A stretch of 64,000 nt of DNA from Myxococcales bacterium (GTDB lineage: Bacteria > Myxococcota_A > Polyangia > Polyangiales > DASUME01): assembly GCA_047601445.1 (NCBI GenBank), contig JASGJH010000001.1, forward strand, positions 1,248,001 through 1,312,000, read 5' to 3'. The translations under genes and the position numbers were made by a program. Numbering within the stretch: position 1 is the first letter of the stretch; the number at the start of each line of letters is the position of its first letter. Positions 1 to 9,389 of the stretch are shown here, piece by piece. Below the pieces are notes generated by a model that saw nothing but the letters and a program-made list of their open reading frames with translations, searched no databases and was not told the DNA's origin.

Positions 1-2
1 GG

Positions 3-1163
3 TCGGCGTCGGGCGTGGAATTCGTGATGTTGGGCGCGCTGCTCGGTCCCCATGCCCTCGGCGCCCTCAATCGCCAGGCCATCCACGCGTTCGATCCCAT
101 CGCGCTGATGGCGCTCGGCTGGATCGGCCTCGGCTATGGGGTCGAATGGGGCATGAACGGCGAACGTCGCGCACCCTTCTGGCGGATCCTGCTGGGTTGC
201 ATCCTGTCGTGCATCGTGGCGGCCGCCGTCGGCGTCGCGGTCTTCTCGCTGATCCGCTGGTTGCGCTGGCTGGAAGGTGAGCGGCTCGAGCTGGCAAGCA
301 TCGCCGCGGCCCTGGTCTCGGCCGAGACCACGCGCCATGCGGTGCGCTGGGTGTCGGAGAGACGCACCGTCTCGGGCTCGCTCTCGACCCTGCTCGGCGA
401 CGTGGCTGCAGCGGACGACGCACCCGTCATGATCGGCCTGGCCGCTGTCTTCGCGCGCCACACGGGCGTGATCAAGGTGCCTGGCTTCGATCTCCCGGTC
501 TGGGCGAGCACGCTGAGCACACTCGGAATCGGCGCCATCTTGGGCTTGGTCTGCGCCTACCTGACCTACCGGGACCGCTCGGTGGTGGCCGCCTGGAGCA
601 GCTTGATTGGCTGTGCCTGCCTGGCGACCGGCTTCACCACCGCCCTGGGGCTCTCCGCCATGGGCGCCACCTTCACGATGGGCCTCACGCTGAGCATGGC
701 GAGCCCCCTCAGCGCCGAGATCCGCAGCAACGTGATGCGTACCGAGGGCTCTCTCTTGCTGCCCGCGCTGCTCTTGGCCGGCGCCCGCCTGCAGCTCCCG
801 CAGTCCGAGACCGAAGTGCTCTTGCTCGCCTCTGCCCTCGGGACCCGCGTCGCGGCGAGCTACGTGGTCGGGACGGGCCTGGCCCTCTCGCGCAAAGCCT
901 GGCGTCAATCGGCGCGCTGGCTCGGGTTCGCCATGACCTCTTCGGGAACGCTCACCATGATGGTCGGCCTGGCCTTTAGCCTGCGCCTCGGTGAAGACGT
1001 AGGGCCGTTCGTTCTCACCTGTGCCGCCCTGGGCACCCTGGTCGGGGAGTTGATGGGCCCGTTTGCCATGCTGCGCGCCCTGGAGCGCGCGGGTGAGGTG
1101 AGCCCAGCGGTCAGCAAGCCGAGCGCGACTCCTGAGGTCGAAGCGGTCGAGGTCATTTCGTGA
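3..1163 (+). CDS. Cation:proton antiporter-like (CPA/Na+/H+ exchanger fold) membrane protein, 5' end outside window
   Basis: Highly hydrophobic ORF with LLGPHALG, AAADD and GELMGP segments typical of CPA transporters; the frame is open back to the window edge (SASGVEF...). Confidence 0.7.
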   Translation, partial: SASGVEFVMLGALLGPHALGALNRQAIHAFDPIALMALGWIGLGYGVEWGMNGERRAPFWRILLGCILSCIVAAAVGVAVFSLIRWLRWLEGERLELASIAAALVSAETTRHAVRWVSERRTVSGSLSTLLGDVAAADDAPVMIGLAAVFARHTGVIKVPGFDLPVWASTLSTLGIGAILGLVCAYLTYRDRSVVAAWSSLIGCACLATGFTTALGLSAMGATFTMGLTLSMASPLSAEIRSNVMRTEGSLLLPALLLAGARLQLPQSETEVLLLASALGTRVAASYVVGTGLALSRKAWRQSARWLGFAMTSSGTLTMMVGLAFSLRLGEDVGPFVLTCAALGTLVGELMGPFAMLRALERAGEVSPAVSKPSATPEVEAVEVIS

Positions 1164-2635
1164 GTAGTGCCGGAGTTGCCCCGAAGAGCTTCAGCACCAC
1201 GCTGATGCAGGCTTTCTGCCTGGCCGTGGTCATGGGCTTGTACTGGCTGGTCAGCCATGCCGAAGTCGCGCCCGAGGCCAGCGGAGGCGTGCTCGCCGCC
1301 ACCGGCTACCTACTGCTGGCCGGCATGCTCACTAGCGAGGTGCTCGAGCTGTTCCAGCTGCCTCACCTCACCGGCTACTTGCTGGCAGGCGCGGTCGCGG
1401 GACCGCACGTGCTGCACTTCTTCTCGCACCAGACGGTCAAGCAGCTCGAACTCGTGAACACGCTGGCGCTCTCTCTGATCGCCCTCGCCGGCGGCCTCGA
1501 GCTGCGCGTGGTCGACGTACGCAAGGTGGCGCGCAGCGTGCTGAGTACGACGGTCGCCCAGACTGTGCTGGTGTTTGCCACGCAGGCTGCGCTGTTCGTG
1601 GGCCTGGCCCGCTTCATCCCCTTCGCCAGCGCCATGACGCTCACGATGTTGATCGGCGTCGCCATGATGTGGGGCGTCATCGCGGTCAGCCGCAGTCCCT
1701 CGGCCACCCTCGCCATCCTCGCCCAGACGCGCGCCAAGGGCCCCATCGCGCGCTTCTCGCTCGCTTTCGTGATGACCTCCGACGTGGTCGTGGTGGTGTT
1801 GATGGCGCTCACCATCACGCTGGCGCGTCCGTTGCTCGAGCCTGGAGCGCAGATCTCGCTCGCGAGCTTGCAGAGCGTGGGGCACGAGCTGCTCGGCAGC
1901 GTGTCCATCGGGACCACACTCGGGCTGCTATTGGTGGCCTACCTGAGGCTGGTGGGGCGCCACGTGCTCGTGCTTCTGGTGACCTTCGGCTTCGTGCTCT
2001 CGGAGGGCGTGCGCTACCTGCACTTCGAACCGCTGCTCACGTTCCTCACAGCGGGCTTCGTGGTGCAGAACATGTCCGGCCAGGGCGAGAAGCTCCTGCA
2101 CGCCATCGAGGAGACCTCGGGCGTGGTGTTCGTGGTGTTCTTCGCCACCGCGGGGGCGCACCTCGATCTGCCCCTGCTCACCACCATGTGGCCCATCGCG
2201 CTCTCGCTCTGCGCAGGACGCCTCGCGGGGACGGTGATCTCGCATCGGATCGGAACCAAATGGGCCGGAGATCCCCTGGTGCTGCAGCGCTGGGGTTGGG
2301 CGTCGCTGGTCTCCCAGGCCGGCCTGACGCTGGGGTTGTCGGTGGTCATCGCTCGCAGTTTCCCGTCCTTCGGCGAGGACTTCCGTTCGCTCGTGATCGC
2401 CAGCGTGGCCATCAATGAGGTCGTCGGCCCTGTGCTGTTCAAGGTCATCCTCGATCGCGTGGGAGAGTCGGGCGCCTCGGAAGATGCCTCCGACGCCCAC
2501 GGGGAGCCCGTTCCCGCGCAGGTCCACCACGAGCAGCCGAGGAACCATGAAATCCCGGCAGAAGCGCCCGCGCTGATCCCCGAGGCCGCCCCAGAATCGG
2601 CACCCGAAGGGCTCGCCGACTCGCCCCCCGAATGA
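1160..2635 (+). CDS. Cation:proton antiporter (Na+/H+ exchanger family)
   Basis: LPHLTGYLLAGAVAGP, SRSPSATLA, FFATAGAHL, SQAGLTLGL and NEVVGP motifs; many TM segments; GTGA overlap with the upstream stop. Confidence 0.85.
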   Translation: MSSAGVAPKSFSTTLMQAFCLAVVMGLYWLVSHAEVAPEASGGVLAATGYLLLAGMLTSEVLELFQLPHLTGYLLAGAVAGPHVLHFFSHQTVKQLELVNTLALSLIALAGGLELRVVDVRKVARSVLSTTVAQTVLVFATQAALFVGLARFIPFASAMTLTMLIGVAMMWGVIAVSRSPSATLAILAQTRAKGPIARFSLAFVMTSDVVVVVLMALTITLARPLLEPGAQISLASLQSVGHELLGSVSIGTTLGLLLVAYLRLVGRHVLVLLVTFGFVLSEGVRYLHFEPLLTFLTAGFVVQNMSGQGEKLLHAIEETSGVVFVVFFATAGAHLDLPLLTTMWPIALSLCAGRLAGTVISHRIGTKWAGDPLVLQRWGWASLVSQAGLTLGLSVVIARSFPSFGEDFRSLVIASVAINEVVGPVLFKVILDRVGESGASEDASDAHGEPVPAQVHHEQPRNHEIPAEAPALIPEAAPESAPEGLADSPPE

Positions 2636-2802
2636 TCCCGAGCGGTTGCCCGGGCCAAGCCACAGTGCTACCCCGCTCCGGCACAGGGCAAGGTTTGCTG
2701 TGTGCGCTGCAACTGCTGCGTGATCCAACGGACCCCTGCGCGAGCTGAGCATTGCGGTCGTTCGCCGTGCTCGCCGCACCCCAAAATCAGCGATCGCAAG
2801 AC

Positions 2803-4185
2803 GTGACCAAGAAAGCGGAACCAAACTCCGAACTCGTTGCTGCGCCGCCTTCACGCGTGGCGGTCGAGTCGCACGCGGAGGGTCCGGCGTCGCCCGCCCT
2901 TTCGGGGACCGCCCTCACGCCGCCGCCGGGCATGCGCGACCTGCTGCCTCCCGAGAGTCGCGCGCGCCGACGCGTGAGCGAGCTCCTGCAGGGTGTCTTC
3001 GAGCGCTACGGCTACGAACTGGTCACGACGCCCCTGTTCGAGCACGTGGAAGTGTTCGAACGCGGGCTCTCCCTCGATCATCGAGACCTGGTGCGCTTCG
3101 TGGAGCCCGATAGCGGCGAAGTGGCAGCGCTGCGGCCGGATATCACGCCCCAGATCGCCCGCGTGGTCGCCACGCGCATGACCGACTATCCGCCGCCCTA
3201 CCGTCTTCGCTACGAGGGTACAGTCATCCGGCGGCGTCGCGGGCGGGCGCGCCGGCAACGCCAGATCGCGCAGGTCGGCGTGGAGCTCATCGGGCTGGAT
3301 GGACCCGATGCGGATCTGGAGCTGGTGCGCTTGATCGCGGAGGCCGTGGAGGCCGTGGGCCTGTCCGACTACCGCATCGAGCTGTCCGAAGTGGGCGTCG
3401 GGAGAGCGCTGCTCAGCGCGCACGGGGAAGCACTACTCGCGCAATCCGCCGAAGCCCTCGCGCGCAAGGACGAAGCATTGCTCGACGACATCCTGCGCCG
3501 GGCCCGCGTCCCCGACGCGGAGCGCAAGCGCATCGCCGGGCTCGCCCACCTGCATGGTCGACTCGACGTACTGAAGGAAGCCCGCGCCCTGCTCGGCAAC
3601 ACCGCCGCCGCCCCTCACTTGGCTCAACTGGAACGTGTTTCCGAGCTGCTCATCGCCCACGGCCTTGGCGACCGGCTCGGTGTGGACCTCGGCGAGATCC
3701 GCGGCGCTGCCTATTACACCGGCGTGAGCTTCGCGGTGTTTGCCCCGGGCCCAGGCGAAGCCGTGGCGAGCGGCGGTCGCTACGATCAGCTGCTCGAGCG
3801 CTATGGACGCGCCCAACCGGCCACGGGCGCAGGTATCGACCTGGAAAACCTGCTGTGGGCCCTGGATCACGCAGGACACTCCTGGCGCGAGCGACCCGAG
3901 CTGCGCTTCGTGGTGTGCAGCCAGGACAACGACGCGCGCAACCGCGCCGCAATGGCCCTGCGCGAGGCTGGCCTTATCGCCGCCAGTCTGCCGAATGCCG
4001 ACCGCGACGCCGCTCTCGGCTACGCCAAGGCTTGGAATTACGACGTGTGCATCGACCTGAGCCCGGCGCGGGCGCAGGCGGTGCGTGCGCGCGATCTGGC
4101 AACACATGATCTGGGCGGTGAGTGGTCCGCCTCCAACATTCAAGCCCTCGCCCAGTGGGCGCGGGCCGCTCAACACAAGGAGTGA
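2803..4185 (+). CDS. hisZ: ATP phosphoribosyltransferase regulatory subunit
   Basis: HisRS-like motifs PPGMRDLLP, LRPDITPQIAR, QVGVELIG, YYTG, GGRYD; directly upstream of purA. GTG 2803 preferred over TTG 2752, start uncertain. Confidence 0.9.
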   Translation: MTKKAEPNSELVAAPPSRVAVESHAEGPASPALSGTALTPPPGMRDLLPPESRARRRVSELLQGVFERYGYELVTTPLFEHVEVFERGLSLDHRDLVRFVEPDSGEVAALRPDITPQIARVVATRMTDYPPPYRLRYEGTVIRRRRGRARRQRQIAQVGVELIGLDGPDADLELVRLIAEAVEAVGLSDYRIELSEVGVGRALLSAHGEALLAQSAEALARKDEALLDDILRRARVPDAERKRIAGLAHLHGRLDVLKEARALLGNTAAAPHLAQLERVSELLIAHGLGDRLGVDLGEIRGAAYYTGVSFAVFAPGPGEAVASGGRYDQLLERYGRAQPATGAGIDLENLLWALDHAGHSWRERPELRFVVCSQDNDARNRAAMALREAGLIAASLPNADRDAALGYAKAWNYDVCIDLSPARAQAVRARDLATHDLGGEWSASNIQALAQWARAAQHKE

Positions 4186-4188
4186 CGT

Positions 4189-5472
4189 ATGGCGGTCGTG
4201 GTGGTGGTCGGTGCCCAGTGGGGCGACGAAGGCAAAGGCAAGATCGTCGACATCTACACGCAGCACGCGGACGTCGTGGTGCGCTACGCCGGCGGGGCCA
4301 ACGCCGGTCATACACTGGTGGTCAATGGCAAGAAGACGGTGCTGCGCTTGATCCCATCGGGCGTGCTGCATCCGGCTCCGCGTATCATTCTCGGTCAGGG
4401 TACCGTGATTGATCCTGAAGTGCTGGTGCAGGAGATCACGTTGCTGCGCGACTCCTGCGGCGTGACGCCCAAGCGCCTGCTCGTGTCGGACCGCGCGCAC
4501 GTCGTGCTGCCGCACCACATGCAGATCGACGCCATGCGAGAGAAGGGCAAGAGCGCCATCGGCACCACCAAGCGTGGTATCGGCCCGACGTACCAGGACA
4601 AGGCCGCGCGACGCGGCGTGCGTATCTGCGATCTGGTGCGGCCCGACGTGTTCCGTCGCAAGGTGTCGGAGAACCTCGAAGCCTGGGAACCCGTGGCCAA
4701 GGCCTTCGGCGAGAGCCTGCCCAGCGTGGACGAGATCGCCAAGACCTACCTTCCCCTGGGCGAGATTCTGGCACCCTTCGTGGGCAACGCAGGCCGCGCC
4801 GTGGACGAAGCCGTACGCGCCCGCAAGAACGTGTTGATGGAGGGCGCCCAGGGTACCCTGCTCGACGTCGACCACGGTACCTATCCCTTCGTCACCAGCT
4901 CGAGCGCGGTCGCCGGCGGCGCGGCCATCGGCGCGGGCATCGGTCCCACGGCCATCGATCGCGTCATCGGCATCACCAAGGCCTACACCACGCGCGTCGG
5001 TGAGGGCCCCTTCCCCACCGAGCTCCACGGCGACGCCGGAGAAGCCCTGCGCAAGGCGGGCAACGAGTTCGGTGCGGTCACGGGTCGCCCTCGTCGCTGT
5101 GGCTGGCTCGACCTGCCTGCACTCCGCTACGCCGTGCGCGTGAACGGCCTCGACACGCTGGCCATGACCAAGCTCGACGTGCTGAGCGGCATGGACAGCA
5201 TCCAGCTCTGCGTTGCCTACGAGCTCGATGGTCAGCGTCTCGACGAGCCGCCGCCCGACGCGGAGGACGTGGCGCGCATCAAGCCCATCTACGAGACCCT
5301 CGAGAGTTGGTCCGGGGATCTCGCGCACGCGAAGGCCGCCGATGACCTGCCCAAGAGCGTGCTCACGTACATCGAGCGCGTGGAAAAGGAGACGCGCTGC
5401 GCGATCAAGCTCATCAGCGTGGGCGCCGACCGCGAGCACACCATCACGCTCGAGAACCCCTTCGCGGGCTGA
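4189..5472 (+). CDS. purA: Adenylosuccinate synthetase
   Basis: GAQWGDEGKGK, GGANAGHT, GTTKRGIGP, EGAQG, TGRPRRCGWLD, TKLDVL; GGAG RBS upstream. Confidence 0.98.
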   Translation: MAVVVVVGAQWGDEGKGKIVDIYTQHADVVVRYAGGANAGHTLVVNGKKTVLRLIPSGVLHPAPRIILGQGTVIDPEVLVQEITLLRDSCGVTPKRLLVSDRAHVVLPHHMQIDAMREKGKSAIGTTKRGIGPTYQDKAARRGVRICDLVRPDVFRRKVSENLEAWEPVAKAFGESLPSVDEIAKTYLPLGEILAPFVGNAGRAVDEAVRARKNVLMEGAQGTLLDVDHGTYPFVTSSSAVAGGAAIGAGIGPTAIDRVIGITKAYTTRVGEGPFPTELHGDAGEALRKAGNEFGAVTGRPRRCGWLDLPALRYAVRVNGLDTLAMTKLDVLSGMDSIQLCVAYELDGQRLDEPPPDAEDVARIKPIYETLESWSGDLAHAKAADDLPKSVLTYIERVEKETRCAIKLISVGADREHTITLENPFAG

Positions 5473-5478
5473 AGCTAC

Positions 5479-5503
5479 TCGGCCTGGCCGCGCGCCGGGC
5501 CGA
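5479..5503. terminator. Hairpin between convergent purA and ridA
   Basis: tcggcctggc-cgcgc-gccgggccga: 10-bp stem with one G:U pair, no U tract. Confidence 0.45.
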
Positions 5504-5524
5504 CCGAGCGCCGTCCCCGGCGAA

Positions 5525-5914
5525 CTAGCCCACGAACGCGGTGGCTTCGATCTCCACCTTGGCGCCGCGCGGCAGGGCTGCCACCTGCACCGTGGCGCGC
5601 GCCGGGGGCTCTACACCCTCGAAGTAACTGCCGTAAACCTTGTTGACCTTGGCGAAGTCCCCGAGGTCGGTAAGGAAGATGGTGGTCTTCACGACCTTGG
5701 CGAAGCTCGCCCCGGACGCCGCGAGCACGGCCTTGAGGTTATTCATGACCTGCACGGTCTGCGCCTCGACGTCGGCGCCGCCCACCATCTCGCCCGAGGC
5801 GGGATCGAGCGGAATTTGGCCTGAGAGAAACACGAACTGGCCGGCACGGACGGCCTGCGAATAGGGACCGATCGCGGCGGGCGCCTGCGGGGTGGACACG
5901 ATGCTTCGTTCCAT
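5525..5914 (-). CDS. ridA: RidA family reactive enamine/imine deaminase
   Basis: APAAIGPYSQAV, SGQIPLDP, PPARATVQVAALP, VEIE motifs. Confidence 0.93.
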   Translation of the reverse strand: MERSIVSTPQAPAAIGPYSQAVRAGQFVFLSGQIPLDPASGEMVGGADVEAQTVQVMNNLKAVLAASGASFAKVVKTTIFLTDLGDFAKVNKVYGSYFEGVEPPARATVQVAALPRGAKVEIEATAFVG

Positions 5915-5955
5915 GGGTTGCCTCCGGGGCCCCAGAGTAACAGATTCAAGCGCCC

Positions 5956-6729
5956 ATGAAGGTCGCCAGCTGGAACGTGAACTCGATCAAGGCACGCAAG
6001 GAGCGCTTGCTCAATTGGGTGCAGAAGAATGCCCCGGACGTGCTTTGCCTCCAGGAGCTCAAGACCGAGCTCGACGGCTTTCCCCGGGCCGAACTCGAAG
6101 CGCTCGGATACCACAGCGTGGCGCTGGGCCAACGCAGCTACAACGGCGTCGCCATCCTCTCGCGACAGCCCCTCGACGACGTACGCGTGGGGCTCGACGA
6201 CGGCGTGGACGATGATGAAGCGCGCCTGATCTCTGCGCACACCAACGGTTTGCGCGTGATCTCCTGCTACGTGCCCAACGGCCAAGCGCTCGACTCGCCC
6301 AAGTACCAATACAAGCAACGCTGGCTCGACCGCCTCGGCGCCTACCTCTCCAGGCATCACCAGGCCAGCGAGCCCCTCGCGCTGTGTGGAGACTTCAATA
6401 TCGCCCCCGAGGATCGCGACACCAACGACCCCGCAGCATGGGCCGATAGCGTGCTCTTCTCCGCGGAGGTGCGCGCCCAGTTTCAGGCTCTTTTGGGCTG
6501 GGGCTTGGTGGACAGCTTCCGCATCCACAATCAGGAGGCCAACAAGCTCTCCTGGTGGGACTATCGGATGCTGTCATTCCCCAAGGGCGTGGGCATGCGC
6601 ATCGACTTCGTGCTGGTCACCCGAGCTCTCGCCGAGCGCTGCGACGCCGTGGGGATCGATCGCAACGAGCGCAAGGGGAAGCTCCCTTCCGACCACGCGC
6701 CGGTGTTCGCCGAATTCCGCTGGCCCTGA
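5956..6729 (+). CDS. xth: Exodeoxyribonuclease III
   Basis: SWNVNS, LQELK, YNGVAILSR, YVPNG, GDFN, RID, SDHAP motifs. Confidence 0.96.
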   Translation: MKVASWNVNSIKARKERLLNWVQKNAPDVLCLQELKTELDGFPRAELEALGYHSVALGQRSYNGVAILSRQPLDDVRVGLDDGVDDDEARLISAHTNGLRVISCYVPNGQALDSPKYQYKQRWLDRLGAYLSRHHQASEPLALCGDFNIAPEDRDTNDPAAWADSVLFSAEVRAQFQALLGWGLVDSFRIHNQEANKLSWWDYRMLSFPKGVGMRIDFVLVTRALAERCDAVGIDRNERKGKLPSDHAPVFAEFRWP

Positions 6730-6808
6730 GGGCCGCGGCGCTCATTGAAACCCAACGACCATCGCTCGCCGGTAGGTCGCCAGCGCCCCCGAGCTACCGA
6801 GCCGTCGC

Positions 6809-7594
6809 TCACTGCCCCTTGAAGTTGGGCGCGCGCTTGTCGAGGAACGCGCTCACGCCTTCCTGGCGATCTTCGGTGCGGAAGCAGGCTGCGAAGGCGT
6901 CGATCTCGATTTCGTTGCCGTCGCTGAGCACGTTGTCGAGGCCTTCGCCGATCACGCGCTTGGCGTAGCGCACCGCCATGGGCCCCTTCTGCGCGATCAA
7001 CAGCGCCGTCTTCTTGGCCTCGACGAGCAGCTGATCGACCGGGAACACCTTGTTGACCAGTCCGATGCGCAAGGCCTCCTGGGCATCAATGATCGCAGCG
7101 GAATAGATGAGCTCCCGCGCGACCCCCACGCTCACGCGTCGAGCCAGTCGCTGCGTCCCACCGAAGCCGGGGATGATGCCCAGGTTGACCTCGGGCTGAC
7201 CGAACTTGGCGCGCTCGGACGCATAGATGAAGTCGCAGGCCAGAGCGAGCTCACAGCCTCCACCCAGGGCAAAGCCATTCACCGCCGCGATCACTGGGAG
7301 CGGCAGCGCTGCGATGGCGTCGAACGCCGCGTGCCCCTTCTGAGCGAACGTTTTCGCTTCCTCCGCGCCCATGGTGCGCATGGCCGCGATGTCCGCGCCG
7401 GCCACGAAGGCCTTCTCGCCCGCTCCGGTGATGATCGCGCAACGCACCTCAGGTCGTGCCCGCACCTCGTCCACGGCGCGCTTGAGTGCGATCAACACTT
7501 CGCCGCTGAGCGCGTTCAGCACGGCTGGGCGGTTGATGGTGATGGTCGAAACCGGCCCCTCGTGAGCGAGCAATACAACCTGTTCTTCGGACAT
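6809..7594 (-). CDS. Enoyl-CoA hydratase / crotonase
   Basis: AFVAGADI, GGGCELALACD and GQPEVNLG (both catalytic Glu present); ATG 7594 follows a GAGGGGG RBS. Confidence 0.93.
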   Translation of the reverse strand: MSEEQVVLLAHEGPVSTITINRPAVLNALSGEVLIALKRAVDEVRARPEVRCAIITGAGEKAFVAGADIAAMRTMGAEEAKTFAQKGHAAFDAIAALPLPVIAAVNGFALGGGCELALACDFIYASERAKFGQPEVNLGIIPGFGGTQRLARRVSVGVARELIYSAAIIDAQEALRIGLVNKVFPVDQLLVEAKKTALLIAQKGPMAVRYAKRVIGEGLDNVLSDGNEIEIDAFAACFRTEDRQEGVSAFLDKRAPNFKGQ

Positions 7595-7675
7595 CGTTTC
7601 CCCCTCGAAGATCACCCATATTCATGGGCAAAACCTGAGCTCGTAGGCCAATCGCAGTGGCGCGGAGTAACCTGG

Positions 7676-7704
7676 CTCGTACAGCGCAGCCTCGGAGGCG
7701 TCAA
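7676..7704 (-). promoter_or_regulatory. Putative sigma70-type promoter of the crotonase gene
   Basis: TTGACG-N17-TACGAG on the minus strand. Confidence 0.4.
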
Positions 7705-7759
7705 GCGCGCAAAGACCTTCATCCAGAACGGAATGGGTTCTCGGCTCCAAGGGGTGTCC

Positions 7760-9308
7760 TTAGGGTCCGCGCGCAGCGAGCCAGCGTGGTGCCGAAAAGT
7801 TCCGCCAGCGGCGATCATCTTCGCGACGCAAGCGCACACGCGCAGCGTAGGCACCGAGCTCGCCTTCCAGTGCCTCTTCAATCTCCGACAGGGGCATGTA
7901 CAAAGCGTCCTCGCCACGCTCGAGAATTCCGTCCAGCATCAAACGTTGGCCCGCTTCCACGGCGGCCGTGCGCAAGCGCAGCAGCGCAGCGGCAAGCGCT
8001 TCCGCGAGATCACCCTTGGCCAACGCCAGTCGTTCGAACAGGAGGAGCAGCGCTCCCGCAGGTGCCACGCCGAGCGCTCCCAGCGGTCCCCGCAATGAAA
8101 GCTTGAGCAAGGCTGACTTGGCGCCCGCGCGCGCCCCGTCGGGATCGGAGCGCAGCAGCGAGTACGCTTCGGCGAGCGCTTGCTTCAGGTCCTCGTCCGC
8201 GAAACCCATGGCTTGAGGCCGCACATCCATCCCCAGGATGCGGACACGAGAGAGCTCATCGCGTAGCTCCAGCCACTCCTGGTGCAAATGGCTCGCTGCC
8301 GCCGGCACCTGCACTTCTCCTTGCTCGTCGAGGCAGCGCCGCGCCAAAGCCGACAAGCGTGCATCGAGCCGCGCACGCTCCTCGGCGCGCTCCGGGGCCG
8401 CCAGCGCATCGAACAGGTCGCGCGGTACGCTGCCGCAAGCGGCTTCCAGGGCGGGCAAGAGTCCCAGCGTCGCGAGCCGGCTTCGCTCCAAGAGTCCCAT
8501 CGCGTCGGTCACCAAGCGCATTCGGGTCTCGAGGGTCTCCACCAGGTCCCGCCTGTCGAGATCGCCCAGCCGCACCGCATCGAACAGCGTGACGGCACCC
8601 GCGGCGCTGGCGCGAAACCTACGCGCGTCGGCGAGTGACGACGCCACGTGCCGCCCCAGCCGGGAGAGCCGATTGAGCCTTCGCAACGCCTCACGCTGCT
8701 CGAGCTTCCAGGGCGTGTGGTGCTCGTCCACGACGCGATAGGCGCGGCCGAACAGTCGGCGCACGCGCGGCTCCTCGCCATCGTCACCTTCGAGACGCAA
8801 GGCACGCGACAGCGCGTCCACGGAAAGCGGTGCCAGGGTACTGCTGGTGGCCACCAAGGCCGCCGTCTCGCGGTAGCTCTCGTTCGTGAAGCGGATGCGC
8901 GGCCTCAGCTTGCGCACCCCGACCACACAGGCGCGCTCCTGGTGGAGCTCATAGCGAAGCAGCACCGGCTCGCCGAGCAAGAGCTGCACGCGGTCCGCGA
9001 GAATCGGCCACGCGCACCACGTCGCCCTCGACCGCGAGCGAGGTCCGCGGCACCTCCACGAGTCGCATGGTGCGGCGGTCGACCCAGGTGGGCTCGGGGT
9101 CGCCTTCCGGAAACACGGCCAAGGTCTGCGGGTCGCCGGCGCTGGGCTCGATGCTCGCCACGAGCCCGCGAGCCCGAGCCGCACCGTTGGGCTCTCGAAA
9201 CAGGCCCTGCTCGGTCAGCTCCAGGATGAACGCGCGTTCGCGCGCCATATCCCGCATCGCGTTCAGCCACAGGCCCTCGCCGCCCGTCGCTTGCTCCTGC
9301 GCTGACAT
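7760..9308 (-). CDS. Degenerate PEP-synthase / rifampin-phosphotransferase-like protein, one +1 frameshift near 9004 (about 515 aa when repaired)
   Basis: ORFs 8949-9308 and 7760-9184 join by removing one base in gtggccgattctcgcg; LADRVQLLLGEPVLLRYELHQERACVVGVRKL resembles the end of the PEP/pyruvate-binding domain, and DALYMPLSEIEEAL...RREDDRRWRNFSAP resembles the end of the helical middle domain. Confidence 0.55.
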
Positions 9309-9389
9309 CGAAAGCGTCCCCCCCGGGAGCCCCCGATCATGGACCTTGCGGGGGCCCCCTGTCGACAGCGTTTCACACGCCGGGCCGGC

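Noticed and set aside
3433..5439. 668-aa antisense ORF over hisZ/purA, and many similar long shadow ORFs (e.g. 12105-13565, 23535-24956, 43573-44778)
   Set aside because: Expected from high GC3 codon bias opposite real genes; no recognisable motifs.
2803..5472. hisZ-purA adjacency as novel
   Set aside because: A well-known conserved gene pair.
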